From contig JAUSLX010000166.1 of the NCBI GenBank assembly GCA_030645775.1, positions 1-46,908 of the forward strand: DNA of 46,908 nt, read 5' to 3'. The notes below the pieces were generated by a model that did not search any database, was not told where the DNA came from, and saw only the letters and a program-made list of their open reading frames with translations. Position numbers and translations under genes: made by a program. The DNA is from Gallionella sp. Lineage in GTDB: Bacteria > Pseudomonadota > Gammaproteobacteria > Burkholderiales > Gallionellaceae. Positions within the stretch are counted from its first letter, which is position 1. The number at the start of each line of letters is the position of its first letter. Shown here piece after piece: positions 37,801 through 45,550 of this stretch.

Positions 37801-38783
37801 CCGATACCGGTCGCACCCTCATCGCGTATCTCGCCGCCCGAGCCTGTCGCTGCACCGGCAAACGGTGCGATTGCGGTCGGATGGTTATGCGTCTCCACCT
37901 TCATCAGCGTATGCGTCAGTTCCTCGCTGAATTTATAGCTGCCGTCGGCACGCGGATAGAAACGATCAATACGCGCCCCGGTAATCACCGACGAATTATC
38001 GGAATAAGCGACCACCGTACCCTCGGGGCTGACCTTGTGGGTGTTGCGTATCATGCCGAACAGCGACATATCCTGCACCACACCGTCTATCACCCAGTCG
38101 GCATTAAAAATCTTGTGGCGACAATGCTCGGAATTGGCCTGCGCGAACATCATCAGCTCAACATCGGTCGGATTGCGTTTCAGTTTCCGGAAGTTTTCCA
38201 CCAGATATTCGATTTCGTCCTGTGACAACGCCAGCCCCATTTCGCGGTTGGCAGCGGCGAGTGCCTCGCAGCCGCCCTGCAATATATCCACTGTTGCCAG
38301 CGGTTGCGGTTCACCGTGACGGAATATTTTTTCTGCCGCATCGTCAATCGCAGCCAGCACCGACTCCGTCATGCGGTCATGCAGCAACGGCAATACCGCA
38401 GCGCGTTCCGTAGCGCTCAACGCCGCACCGTTATTGCCTGAAAGGTAATAAATCACACCGCGCTCGATACGCTGCACACCGGTCAGACCGCAATGCTGCG
38501 CGATGTCGGTAGCCTTGGTGGACCAGGGTGAAATCGTGCCCAGACGCGGCACCACCAGTACGCGTTCACCCGCAGGTTCGTCCGCCATTTTTCCCAGACC
38601 CAGCACCTTGTCCAGAAGACCGGCTTGCGCTTTGCCCAGCTTCGCGCCTTTGCACAATGCGCTGAAATAGCAATGGCGCGCATCGATGAGCACGACCTCG
38701 GGCGCGACGGCGCTCAAGGCGGCGCGCAATTTTTCCAGACGAAAAGCGGATAGGGCTGAACTGCCGACAGAGACTTTGAACAT
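34872..38783 (-). CDS. purL: Phosphoribosylformylglycinamidine synthase (large PurL)
   Basis: [49 protein letters not shown]. Confidence 0.98.
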   Translation of the reverse strand: MFKVSVGSSALSAFRLEKLRAALSAVAPEVVLIDARHCYFSALCKGAKLGKAQAGLLDKVLGLGKMADEPAGERVLVVPRLGTISPWSTKATDIAQHCGLTGVQRIERGVIYYLSGNNGAALSATERAAVLPLLHDRMTESVLAAIDDAAEKIFRHGEPQPLATVDILQGGCEALAAANREMGLALSQDEIEYLVENFRKLKRNPTDVELMMFAQANSEHCRHKIFNADWVIDGVVQDMSLFGMIRNTHKVSPEGTVVAYSDNSSVITGARIDRFYPRADGSYKFSEELTHTLMKVETHNHPTAIAPFAGAATGSGGEIRDEGATGIGSRPKAGLTGFSVSNLNIPGFEQPWEKLPSPVGGRGVGGEGAIYGKPSRIVTALQIMLDGPLGGAAFNNEFGRPNLTGYFRTFEENVGGEMRGYHKPIMLAGGVGSIAAIHTHKHDLPVGALVVHLGGPGMLIGLGGGAASSMDTGSNAENLDFDSVQRGNPEMQRRAQEVIDRCWQLGADNPILSIHDVGAGGMSNALPELVHGGGRGANFELRKIPLDETGMSPRQIWCNESQERYVLAIAPERLDEFRAFCERERCPFAVVGVAIEADQIIVHDTEFDNDPVNMPLSVLLGKPPKMTRTVVREIPKLAAFDSGALDLRESITRVLRLPAVADKTFLISIGDRTVGGMTARDQMVGPWQVPVADVAVTLMGFNTHLAEAYALGERTPLALVNAAASGRMAVGEAITNIAAARIAKIGDIKLSANWMAAAGHHGEDAALFDTVRAVGMELCPDLGIGIPVGKDSMSMKTAWQEGEENKSVTAPLSLIVTAFAPGMDARKTLTPQLSADLDTTLLLIDLGQGKNRMGGSALAQVYKQVGDVAPDVDSAALLKSFFELIQSLNSDNILLAYHDRSDGGALVSLVEMSFASHIGLDIKLDEMHGDTLRALFNEELGAVVQVKNRDVAYVLQRANDVGLKSVQKIATPNQSGLIVISRGGDTLFSESGMNLHRIWSETTCQMQKLRDNPDCAQSEFDRLLDVADPGLHAKLSYDLNEAPAILRSRPKMAILREQGVNGQVEMAAAFDRAGFTAVDVHMSDVISGRVSLSDFKGVAACGGFSYGDVLGAGEGWAKSILLNSRARDEFEAFFKRDDTLALGVCNGCQMMSNLHEIIPGAENWAHFSRNQSEQFEARFVMVEVQPSPSIFFNGMAGSRMPIVVAHGEGYADFGTARRLKAAQELVTLRYVDNRGAPTETYPLNPNGSPQGITGLTTPDGRFSIMMPHPERVFRAVQNSWHPREWQENGAWLKMFQNARKWVG
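37681..37721. repeat. CCCTCTCCC-type palindromic REP inserted in frame in purL
   Basis: CCCTCTCCCCCAACCCCTCTCCCGCCTACGGGCGAGGGGAG encodes [14 protein letters not shown]; matches the module at 26783-26820. Confidence 0.8.
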
Positions 38784-38867
38784 AACGGTGACGGTGAGAA
38801 TAAAATTCGGGACGCGATTATACTATGCCCCGCGCCCCATATAAGCCGACCATTTAACGAATCCATC

Positions 38868-39713
38868 ATGGAACTACGCCACATCACGCAACAACAGCTT
38901 GCAGGACTCTTGCCCCAACGTCCGAAAGACAGCCACAAAGCCCTGTTCGGCGCGGTCTGTGTTGTGGGCGGCGCGGCGGGCATGACGGGGGCCGCCCTGT
39001 TGGCAGGGCGCGCTGCGCTCAAGCTGGGCGCAGGTTGCATACATGTCGGCCTGCTGACGGACAACGCGCCGGCGGTGGATTTTGTGCAACTGGAACTGAT
39101 GCTGCATCAGGCAGCGGCTGCGCTAAAGTTGCCTAACATCACTGTTTTGGCAGCGGGTTGTGGCATGGGAACATCGCTGGCAGCACATGATCTGCTTCTC
39201 GATGCGCTAAATAGCGATATTCCGCTGGTGCTGGATGCGGATGCGCTAAATCTGATTACTATACACTCAGATTTGCGCGACTTAGCTGTTGCACGTAAAG
39301 CCGATACCGTACTCACCCCGCACCCCGGCGAAGCCGCGCGCCTGCTCAATTGCAGCACTGCAGAAATTCAGGCTGACCGCGTTGTGGCGGTGCAAAAAAT
39401 TAACCGGATATTTGCCTGCTCCGTGTTACTGAAGGGCGCCGACAGCCTGTGCGCCACCCGCGACGGACAACTGTTCGTTAATCACACCGGCAACCCCGGC
39501 ATGAGCGCCCCCGGCATGGGCGATGTACTGGCGGGCATGATTGCCGCCTTCATTGCGCAAGGGCTGAAAGCGGATGATGCACTGCTGCTGGCGGTACACC
39601 TGCACGGTGCGGCAGGCGACGAACTGGCGAAACAAACCGCTATCGGCATGACCGCCACGGAAGTCACCGATCAGGCGCGACAACTTTTAAATATATGGGC
39701 ATCCCAATCGTAG
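38868..39713 (+). CDS. nnrD: ADP-dependent NAD(P)H-hydrate dehydratase
   Basis: RPKDSHK, GAALLAG..A.K.GAG, LDADAL, LTPHPGEAARL, GMGDVLAG. Confidence 0.92.
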   Translation: MELRHITQQQLAGLLPQRPKDSHKALFGAVCVVGGAAGMTGAALLAGRAALKLGAGCIHVGLLTDNAPAVDFVQLELMLHQAAAALKLPNITVLAAGCGMGTSLAAHDLLLDALNSDIPLVLDADALNLITIHSDLRDLAVARKADTVLTPHPGEAARLLNCSTAEIQADRVVAVQKINRIFACSVLLKGADSLCATRDGQLFVNHTGNPGMSAPGMGDVLAGMIAAFIAQGLKADDALLLAVHLHGAAGDELAKQTAIGMTATEVTDQARQLLNIWASQS

Positions 39714-39737
39714 GTTGGGCAGTTTTGTCCAACCTAT
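39710..39737 (+). repeat. GTAG-type REP palindrome
   Basis: GTAGGTTGGGCA-gttt-TGTCCAACCTAT; its GTAG contains the nnrD stop. Confidence 0.75.
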
Positions 39738-39756
39738 CAGAATTTGGTTGGCGTCC

Positions 39757-40233
39757 TTATTGTTTCGTAATTTTCCAATACCTCGCACAGGCTTTAGGAA
39801 GTGGCTCGGGTGTATCAGTCTTTTTTAACTCAAACTCACTGCAGCCCCCAGTTTTCACTCGCCCACTCATTTCATTTTCTTCGTCAATTTGTCCGCTTAG
39901 ATTAACCGTTCCATATCCAGATGGCTGAACAATCCAGCTCCTACCAATAAATTCTACCCGTTGCGATTTTTTGTTGTAAATACCATCCATCTCAAAACAA
40001 CCTTCAGGAACATTTGGATTTTCGATAAGTGGATAGAAGTGAAACAATGCACGAACATGCTTTCTATCGGTTTGCTCGGTATGTAAAGTTAACCCGCTAT
40101 TCCCTTGTTGGCATGTGTAGCGTCCTTCCCATGCACCGGATATCGTACCCTCCGCATAAGCTGCACTGACTGCAAATGCCAAGCTGATAATGCCGTTAAC
40201 AACTAAAACCATGAAAGTTTTTCTTTTCATCAA
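39757..40233 (-). CDS. Hypothetical secreted protein
   Basis: Signal-peptide-like N-terminus (AYA cleavage motif), four Cys, WEGRYTC motif; AT-rich. Confidence 0.7.
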   Translation of the reverse strand: MMKRKTFMVLVVNGIISLAFAVSAAYAEGTISGAWEGRYTCQQGNSGLTLHTEQTDRKHVRALFHFYPLIENPNVPEGCFEMDGIYNKKSQRVEFIGRSWIVQPSGYGTVNLSGQIDEENEMSGRVKTGGCSEFELKKTDTPEPLPKACARYWKITKQ

Positions 40234-40336
40234 ACACTCCGAAGTGATAAAAAATTGTGCAGTTACAATTAGATAGAAAATTTTTAAAAACTTGCCAGTA
40301 TGTATTGTCGCTTCACTCTAAAAGTAATTGTCACCA

Positions 40337-40645
40337 TTACAGCAGCGATCGCCTATAGCGAGCCACCAACTTTGCCGCAACCTTCTTACTTTCATGTTTA
40401 TTTTTGGCAACTTTAGCTTGAGCCGCCACAGTGTCATTCTGGACGACCGTCACAAATTCCTGCGTGACCGATTCTGTTCTCTTGCTTGCAGAACCCTCGA
40501 TCTCGCCTTTCAGTACCGTCAAAACTTTCTCCACCTGCGAAGCCCCATAAATGAATGATTGGTTGTAGGCAACTGTAATATCTACCACCGCGCCACTATG
40601 CTTACCCGCAATCTTGATCGTCACCGCATAGTCATCATAAGTGCA
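40337..40645 (-). pseudogene. 5'-truncated gene remnant
   Basis: Protein-like frame with an in-frame TAG at 40646-40648, next to REP remnants; no credible start or RBS. Confidence 0.45.
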
Positions 40646-40662
40646 CTAGACAATCCCAGCGC

Positions 40663-40805
40663 GTATGGCGTAATGTGAGGTGTCAATAAGCGAAGCGCAC
40701 TGCACCGGATGTTTTTATTTGGCGCAATAATAATTGCGCCGTACGGGTTGTTTGCTAAATCAGTGTCCATCCCAATCTTAGGGTGGGCACGTTGTGCCCA
40801 CCCTA
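40663..40805. repeat. Cluster of degenerate GTAG-type REPs
   Basis: CAATAAGCGAAGCGCACTGCACC, GGCGCAAT-aata-ATTGCGCCGTAC and perfect TAGGGTGGGCAC-gtt-GTGCCCACCCTA (40779-40805). Confidence 0.7.
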
Positions 40806-40811
40806 TCGCTC

Positions 40812-41246
40812 TCAATGCGCACGCTTTTTATTCACAACCACAAACCCTTGCATGTCACCCGCAACCTTCACTGGCAAATCAAGCATCCGATCACCCAACT
40901 CAAAAGTTCGCGCAACTGTTGTTTCGGAATTCGATTGAATAATGACACGAGTAGCATCTTTATCCGTTTTCTCTGCCGTCATCTGCAGTGTAAGTTTATC
41001 GTCGCTAAATAATGCCGTTGCTGAATCCTCGTTTTGCGAACGAATGAATCCGCCATTTGTCCGCGCCACCTTGCGAAATAAATTAACAGCCTCTTTCACG
41101 GAACCCTTACCTTCCAGCGTCACAGTTGTCGAATTTCCTTTGGTAAATAAATCCGCCCCTGGAACTGAAGAACCAAATTCAGCACAACCGAAAAGTGAAA
41201 CAGAACTCAACAACGCAAGCATCAACAAACTTTTTTTCATGGCCAT
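40812..41246 (-). CDS. Putative lipoprotein (possibly DUF3568-like)
   Basis: MKKSLLMLALLSSVSLFGC lipobox-like N-terminus. Confidence 0.7.
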   Translation of the reverse strand: MAMKKSLLMLALLSSVSLFGCAEFGSSVPGADLFTKGNSTTVTLEGKGSVKEAVNLFRKVARTNGGFIRSQNEDSATALFSDDKLTLQMTAEKTDKDATRVIIQSNSETTVARTFELGDRMLDLPVKVAGDMQGFVVVNKKRAH

Positions 41247-41393
41247 TCCCTAACAATTTAATTCGCGATTAAAAATCCTACTTTTGCAGGCAACTTTGCC
41301 AGCAAAAAGAGTGCGTTATTTATGCTTGGTGATAGATGCCACCGCATTTGTGGCAGAGCTGCGCACAATCTTCAAGTCCGCTACAAAGCGGAA

Positions 41394-41765
41394 TTACCCA
41401 CGGCTGATAATTGCATTATTTAAAGCATCGACAACACGCGTTACAAAAACACCATCCTTCGATGTATATCCCTTTGACGCTCCTGATGCAGATGTAGTAA
41501 CAACAATGTGTTTGGCCTTCAAAAACATAAAAATCATGCCCGCGATTACCCAAAACACCAAAGCTGTCATTACTGAACTTGACAAAATCATCATCCCAAA
41601 AAAAATCAAAGGGACTATTAAGAACCATTTCACATCAATTTTTTGTGTAGTCACGGATGTAATACCGCTCAAGGCAACTGTTTGGGGTTGCTTCCGAACA
41701 GTAAATATATAACGAGCATTGGTAACAGTTACGCCTCTTTCATTCAAAAACGATTTTTCTTCCAT
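41394..41765 (-). CDS. Small membrane protein, DUF6232-like
   Basis: GVTVTNAR...TVALSGITSV followed by two TM helices; AAGGGGG RBS. Confidence 0.65.
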   Translation of the reverse strand: MEEKSFLNERGVTVTNARYIFTVRKQPQTVALSGITSVTTQKIDVKWFLIVPLIFFGMMILSSSVMTALVFWVIAGMIFMFLKAKHIVVTTSASGASKGYTSKDGVFVTRVVDALNNAIISRG

Positions 41766-41873
41766 CTTGCCCCCTTAAGTTTTAAGTTTATTTGAAGCCT
41801 GTAGTTATTTTCGAATACGACATAAACGATACGTCACACCAGGGCAGCGCCAGCGCAACCTGTCGCATTATGT

Positions 41874-41930
41874 CTATCGGCTATTATTTATGCAATAGCC
41901 TTTGCCGTATGACGGATATATAGCTGATAG
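41874..41930. promoter_or_regulatory. Putative operator repeats for the XRE regulator
   Basis: CTATCGGCTAT (41874-41884) and ATAGCTGATAG (41920-41930) are 10/11 inverted; internal GCTATT-N8-AATAGC. Confidence 0.45.
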
Positions 41931-41949
41931 CAATACAATCTTAAGCATT

Positions 41950-42291
41950 ATGGAAGAACGCATCAAAGAAGCGCGCAAAGCACTGGGATGGAGTCAAGCG
42001 GATTTGGCTCGGCGCATGTATGTCACGCAACCTTCGGTGGCAGACTGGGAGTCTGGGCGCAAGGCCCCTCATACGAAAAACCTAGCGCGACTGGCCATAA
42101 TGCTGGGGGTGAATTTTGAGTGGCTTTCCACCGGGCTCGGCAAAATGATTTCTTCCTCAACACTCAGCACGCAAGAATCCACCACCAATGACTGGATACT
42201 GCCGGAAGAGCTCAGCCTGTTAAGCACCTACTCTCGCCTCAAACCCAAGCAGCGGACAGCACTGTTGGGATTTCTGGAATCCTTGGAGTAG
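41950..42291 (+). CDS. XRE-family HTH regulator (phage-repressor-like N-domain)
   Basis: RIKEARKALGWSQADLA..VTQPSVADWESG..LGVNFEWL.TG. Confidence 0.88.
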   Translation: MEERIKEARKALGWSQADLARRMYVTQPSVADWESGRKAPHTKNLARLAIMLGVNFEWLSTGLGKMISSSTLSTQESTTNDWILPEELSLLSTYSRLKPKQRTALLGFLESLE

Positions 42292-42336
42292 CGGAGCAGG
42301 CGAGGCACAACTTAACTTGTCGGCACGGAGAGGTAC

Positions 42337-42609
42337 TTGGAACCAGAAGTTGCGTTTGGAATAGTGCTGCGGGAATTGCGAAAACAGCGTGCGCTGTCGC
42401 AAGAAGCCCTCGCACATGAATCCGACCCGGAGCGCAACTACATTTCACTGCTGGAACTTGGCCGCAACAGCGCAAGCATCAAAATCATCTTCAAGCTATC
42501 GCCCGTTCTGGGCGTGTCGATTTCCAAATTTATGGGCCAAGTCGAAATTATTTTGGTCAGCGCCAAAAAAACTTCACCCTGCAGCTCCGCATCATCAAGC
42601 GAATCCTGA
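42337..42609 (+). CDS. XRE-family HTH protein (controller-protein-like)
   Basis: FGIVLRELRK..LSQEALA..RNYISLLELG; TTG start with GGAGAGG RBS. Confidence 0.8.
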   Translation: MEPEVAFGIVLRELRKQRALSQEALAHESDPERNYISLLELGRNSASIKIIFKLSPVLGVSISKFMGQVEIILVSAKKTSPCSSASSSES

Positions 42610-42793
42610 CTCTCTAGCTCACAGGAGAAAACAGGCCAGGCCCAAGCTCTAAGTTTTGGATTGATTTTTTCGTGCCGCACAAAATTTCGCGGGTTGCTTT
42701 AACCAGCCAAATCGTGTCATTTTCTATTGCCACTTCGTTCATATTTGCTATTATGGTGCGAATTATTCCTACCATTAGCTCGAAGGAACCCCA

Positions 42794-43081
42794 ATGGCTA
42801 CCGCCGAAAAAATCAGCATTGCCTTGCCACCAGAAATGGTTCATATCGTCCGTGGCGCGGTTGCTACCGGCGAATATGCATCGAGCAGCGAAGTCATTCG
42901 TGATGCGTTACGCGACTGGACACACAAGCGCAACTTGCGCCTACAAGGCGTTACCGAATTGCGCCGAGTCTGGCAGGAAGCCCTGATCGACAAAACTCCC
43001 GGCATTTCGCCAAACGACGTACTCGATCGACTGGAACGCAAGTATCAAACTATCGCCGATGGTGCGAATATAGCAAAATGA
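42794..43081 (+). CDS. ParD-like ribbon-helix-helix antitoxin
   Basis: KISIALP..V.TGEYASSSEVIRDALR; overlaps the toxin start. Confidence 0.88.
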   Translation: MATAEKISIALPPEMVHIVRGAVATGEYASSSEVIRDALRDWTHKRNLRLQGVTELRRVWQEALIDKTPGISPNDVLDRLERKYQTIADGANIAK

Positions 43082-43374
43082 TGCAACTGGAACTTTCACG
43101 CAATATTGAAGGCGATCTGGATGACATCGCAGACTATATCGCACAAGATAACCCGCATCGTGCCGTTACATTTATCCAGGACATACGCGCAAAGTTTTCC
43201 GACATCCAGCGTAACCCACTGATCTATCAACTTCGTCCCGATATTGGTGAGGAAGCACGCATGGCAACCATCGGCAACCATGCAATTCTTTTCCGTCTCA
43301 CGGGAGAAGCCATCAGAATTGAACGCATTGTTTACGGTGGTCGTGATTTACCAGGGATTTTCGAACTTGAATGA
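43078..43374 (+). CDS. ParE/RelE-family toxin
   Basis: DLDDIADYIAQDNP..A, RIERIVYGGRD; ATGA coupling with the antitoxin. Confidence 0.88.
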   Translation: MMQLELSRNIEGDLDDIADYIAQDNPHRAVTFIQDIRAKFSDIQRNPLIYQLRPDIGEEARMATIGNHAILFRLTGEAIRIERIVYGGRDLPGIFELE

Positions 43375-43430
43375 ACCGTCCCATAGCGCGTGGTGGCGTC
43401 AGAAAGTGCAAACGTCCGCGGTAACATGAT

Positions 43431-43458
43431 GTCGGAACGCCTCCGGCTTCCGACCTAC
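43431..43458 (-). repeat. GTAG-type REP palindrome
   Basis: Minus strand GTAGGTCGGAAGCCGGAGGCGTTCCGAC; followed by heptamer-like units at 43463-43483. Confidence 0.7.
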
Positions 43459-43493
43459 CCAACTATTTACCACTCACCACTTACGAGCCTTTC

Positions 43494-44249
43494 ATGACTA
43501 CTCCAATAGACATCTCTGAACAAGCCGGCGTGCGCTATCTGCACTTCGGTTCAACCTGGGTACAAGGCGCGATGCGCATTGCCCGCCCGTGGAATCTGGA
43601 ACTGGAATACACCCGCGAAATGATGGCCTCGTTGCTGTTGCGCGACGAGGCCCGCTGGCCGCGCAAAATACTGCTGATTGGTCTGGGCGCAGCCTCGCTG
43701 ACCAAATTCCTTTATCGCTACCGCCCGCTGGCGCATCTGACCATCGTCGAGATCGAACCGGCGGTGGTCGCCGCTGCCAGGCACTTCTTCAAACTGCCCG
43801 ATGACGATAAACGCATCCATCTGGTGATCGGCTGTGGCGCGGAATTTGTACTCGGCACAGACAAAAAATTCGACCTGATACTGGTGGATGGTTTCAACGA
43901 ACACGCCCATCCCGGCGAATTGAACAGCCTGCCTTTTTATCAGGCCTGCCGCAGCAGGTTGAGCGACCAGGGCATCATGGCGGTCAATCTGCTCGGTCTT
44001 TGCAAAGGCGTGCTGGGCGGCTTTGCGCATATCCTCGATGCCTTCGACGAACGCGCACTGATGTTCCCTTCCTGCGAGAGCGGCAATACCATTGCCTTTG
44101 CCGCCGACGGCGAGACTGTCAGCATTAACCTGGACGATTTGAAAGAAAATGCCGAGGCATTCAGGGAAGAAACCGGCCTGAACCTGTTGCCGACGCTGAC
44201 ACGCCTGGCACAGGCCAAAACCTGCGCGAACAACACGCTGGTTATATAG
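43494..44249 (+). CDS. Spermidine-synthase-like SAM-dependent methyltransferase
   Basis: GVRYLHFG..WVQGAM, LELEYT, LIGLGAASL, VEIEP, LVDGF. Confidence 0.85.
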   Translation: MTTPIDISEQAGVRYLHFGSTWVQGAMRIARPWNLELEYTREMMASLLLRDEARWPRKILLIGLGAASLTKFLYRYRPLAHLTIVEIEPAVVAAARHFFKLPDDDKRIHLVIGCGAEFVLGTDKKFDLILVDGFNEHAHPGELNSLPFYQACRSRLSDQGIMAVNLLGLCKGVLGGFAHILDAFDERALMFPSCESGNTIAFAADGETVSINLDDLKENAEAFREETGLNLLPTLTRLAQAKTCANNTLVI

Positions 44250-44312
44250 CCGGGAAAAATACCCTACGCGCGTTTTTTGTTTTAGCATACGCACTCACCT
44301 CGGGAGGGAGCC

Positions 44313-44996
44313 ATGCTACGTATCGTCTTGCTGTGCAGTCTTTTGTCTTTCGGTATTTCGGCCCGTGCCGAGACTGAAACCTATAACCGCGTGGATTTCC
44401 AGGTCGAAGCCGCGCGTGAAGTCGCCAATGACCTGCTCGTCACCCGCCTGAGCGCGGACATTCAGGACAGCAAACCGGCCCGTGTCGCGCAGCAACTCAA
44501 CAACACGTTGAATGATGCACTCAAGCAGGCCGCCTCGTTCGCTACCGTCAAGACCCGCAGCGGCAATCAGCGCACCTATCCTGTGTATGGAAAAAACAAT
44601 CAGATCAGCGCCTGGCGCGGGCATGGCGAAATTCAGCTGGAGAGCCGTGATTTCAAGGCGGCGGGCGAGCTGATCATGCAGTTGCAAACCACGCTGCAAC
44701 TGGGCAGCGTGCAATTCACGATTGCGCCGGATACCCGCAGTCAGATTGAGAATGAACTGATCTCTGCAGCCATCAAAGCCTTTCAGCAGCGCGCCGTAGC
44801 GATACAGACCGCCGTCGGCGCAAAATCTTACCAGATCGTGCGTTTCGCCATCACCAGTGGCGGCATGCCGCCGACCTATCCTATACAGATGATGCGCAGC
44901 AGTGCCATGGCGGACGAGGCGATCCCGACACCCGAGTTTGCCGGTGGCGAGTCCCGCATGACGGCGCAGATCACCGGCACCATTGAGCTACAGTAA
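44313..44996 (+). CDS. SIMPL (DUF541) periplasmic protein
   Basis: Signal peptide, EVAND, AAIKAFQQRA, AGGESR..ITGTIEL. Confidence 0.82.
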   Translation: MLRIVLLCSLLSFGISARAETETYNRVDFQVEAAREVANDLLVTRLSADIQDSKPARVAQQLNNTLNDALKQAASFATVKTRSGNQRTYPVYGKNNQISAWRGHGEIQLESRDFKAAGELIMQLQTTLQLGSVQFTIAPDTRSQIENELISAAIKAFQQRAVAIQTAVGAKSYQIVRFAITSGGMPPTYPIQMMRSSAMADEAIPTPEFAGGESRMTAQITGTIELQ

Positions 44997-45093
44997 ACCG
45001 TTTTCGTGTCTTTGCGAGTTACTGTCCAGAGGCTGTATCCCTGCAAGCATCATTACGTGGACAGTTTTTAACTTCTTGGTTAAAGTACGTGCC

Positions 45094-45396
45094 ATGCGTC
45101 ATTCCTTGTTTGCCCGATTCCTGCTTATTTTCGCCCTGCTGTTCGCGCAGCTGGGCGGCTTGACGCATGGCATATCGCATACCCTGGCCGATCAGTCACA
45201 GGACCAATCCCTGCCGCATGACAAGCACTGCGACCTGTGCGCAGCATACGCGCAGCTGGGCAGCGCAATCGCTGGCAACGCCCTCCATTTTTCGCCGGGC
45301 GATAATCAGGAAACACGACTACAGCCGCTTTTCACTGCGAGCACTTCTGTCACCTTCAGCGCCTACTCGGCACGCGCCCCGCCCCGTTCCGCATAA
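45094..45396 (+). CDS. DUF2946-like leader protein with His/CxxC and C-terminal RAPP
   Basis: Hydrophobic N-terminus, HGISH, HDKHCDLC, ...ARAPPRSA*; upstream of an outer-membrane transporter gene. Confidence 0.78.
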   Translation: MRHSLFARFLLIFALLFAQLGGLTHGISHTLADQSQDQSLPHDKHCDLCAAYAQLGSAIAGNALHFSPGDNQETRLQPLFTASTSVTFSAYSARAPPRSA

Positions 45397-45418
45397 ATTA
45401 TCTCTTTCCAACATGCTT

Positions 45419-45520
45419 GTAGGTCGGGCTTCAGCCCGACATGTCGGGTTAATACCGCAAGGGCATTCCCACGCAACAACGCAGCCAAGGCTGCTGTTAC
45501 TGAATGAAAACCCGACCTAC
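45419..45520. repeat. REPIN (inverted GTAG REP doublet) with nested insert
   Basis: GTAGGTCGGGCTTCAGCCCGAC ... GTCGGGTT[~55-nt insert]GAAAACCCGACCTAC. Confidence 0.8.
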
Positions 45521-45550
45521 GAGCTGAGATTTTTCATTGCAGGGGAAAAA

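Noticed and set aside
39740-41780. Integron cassette array (co-oriented AT-rich small genes; GTTAGGG before ATG 41246)
   Set aside because: No paired RYYYAAC/GTTRRRY attC structures and no intI; the spacers hold REPs instead.
41766-43374. Intact prophage
   Set aside because: No integrase, replication, structural or lysis genes nearby.
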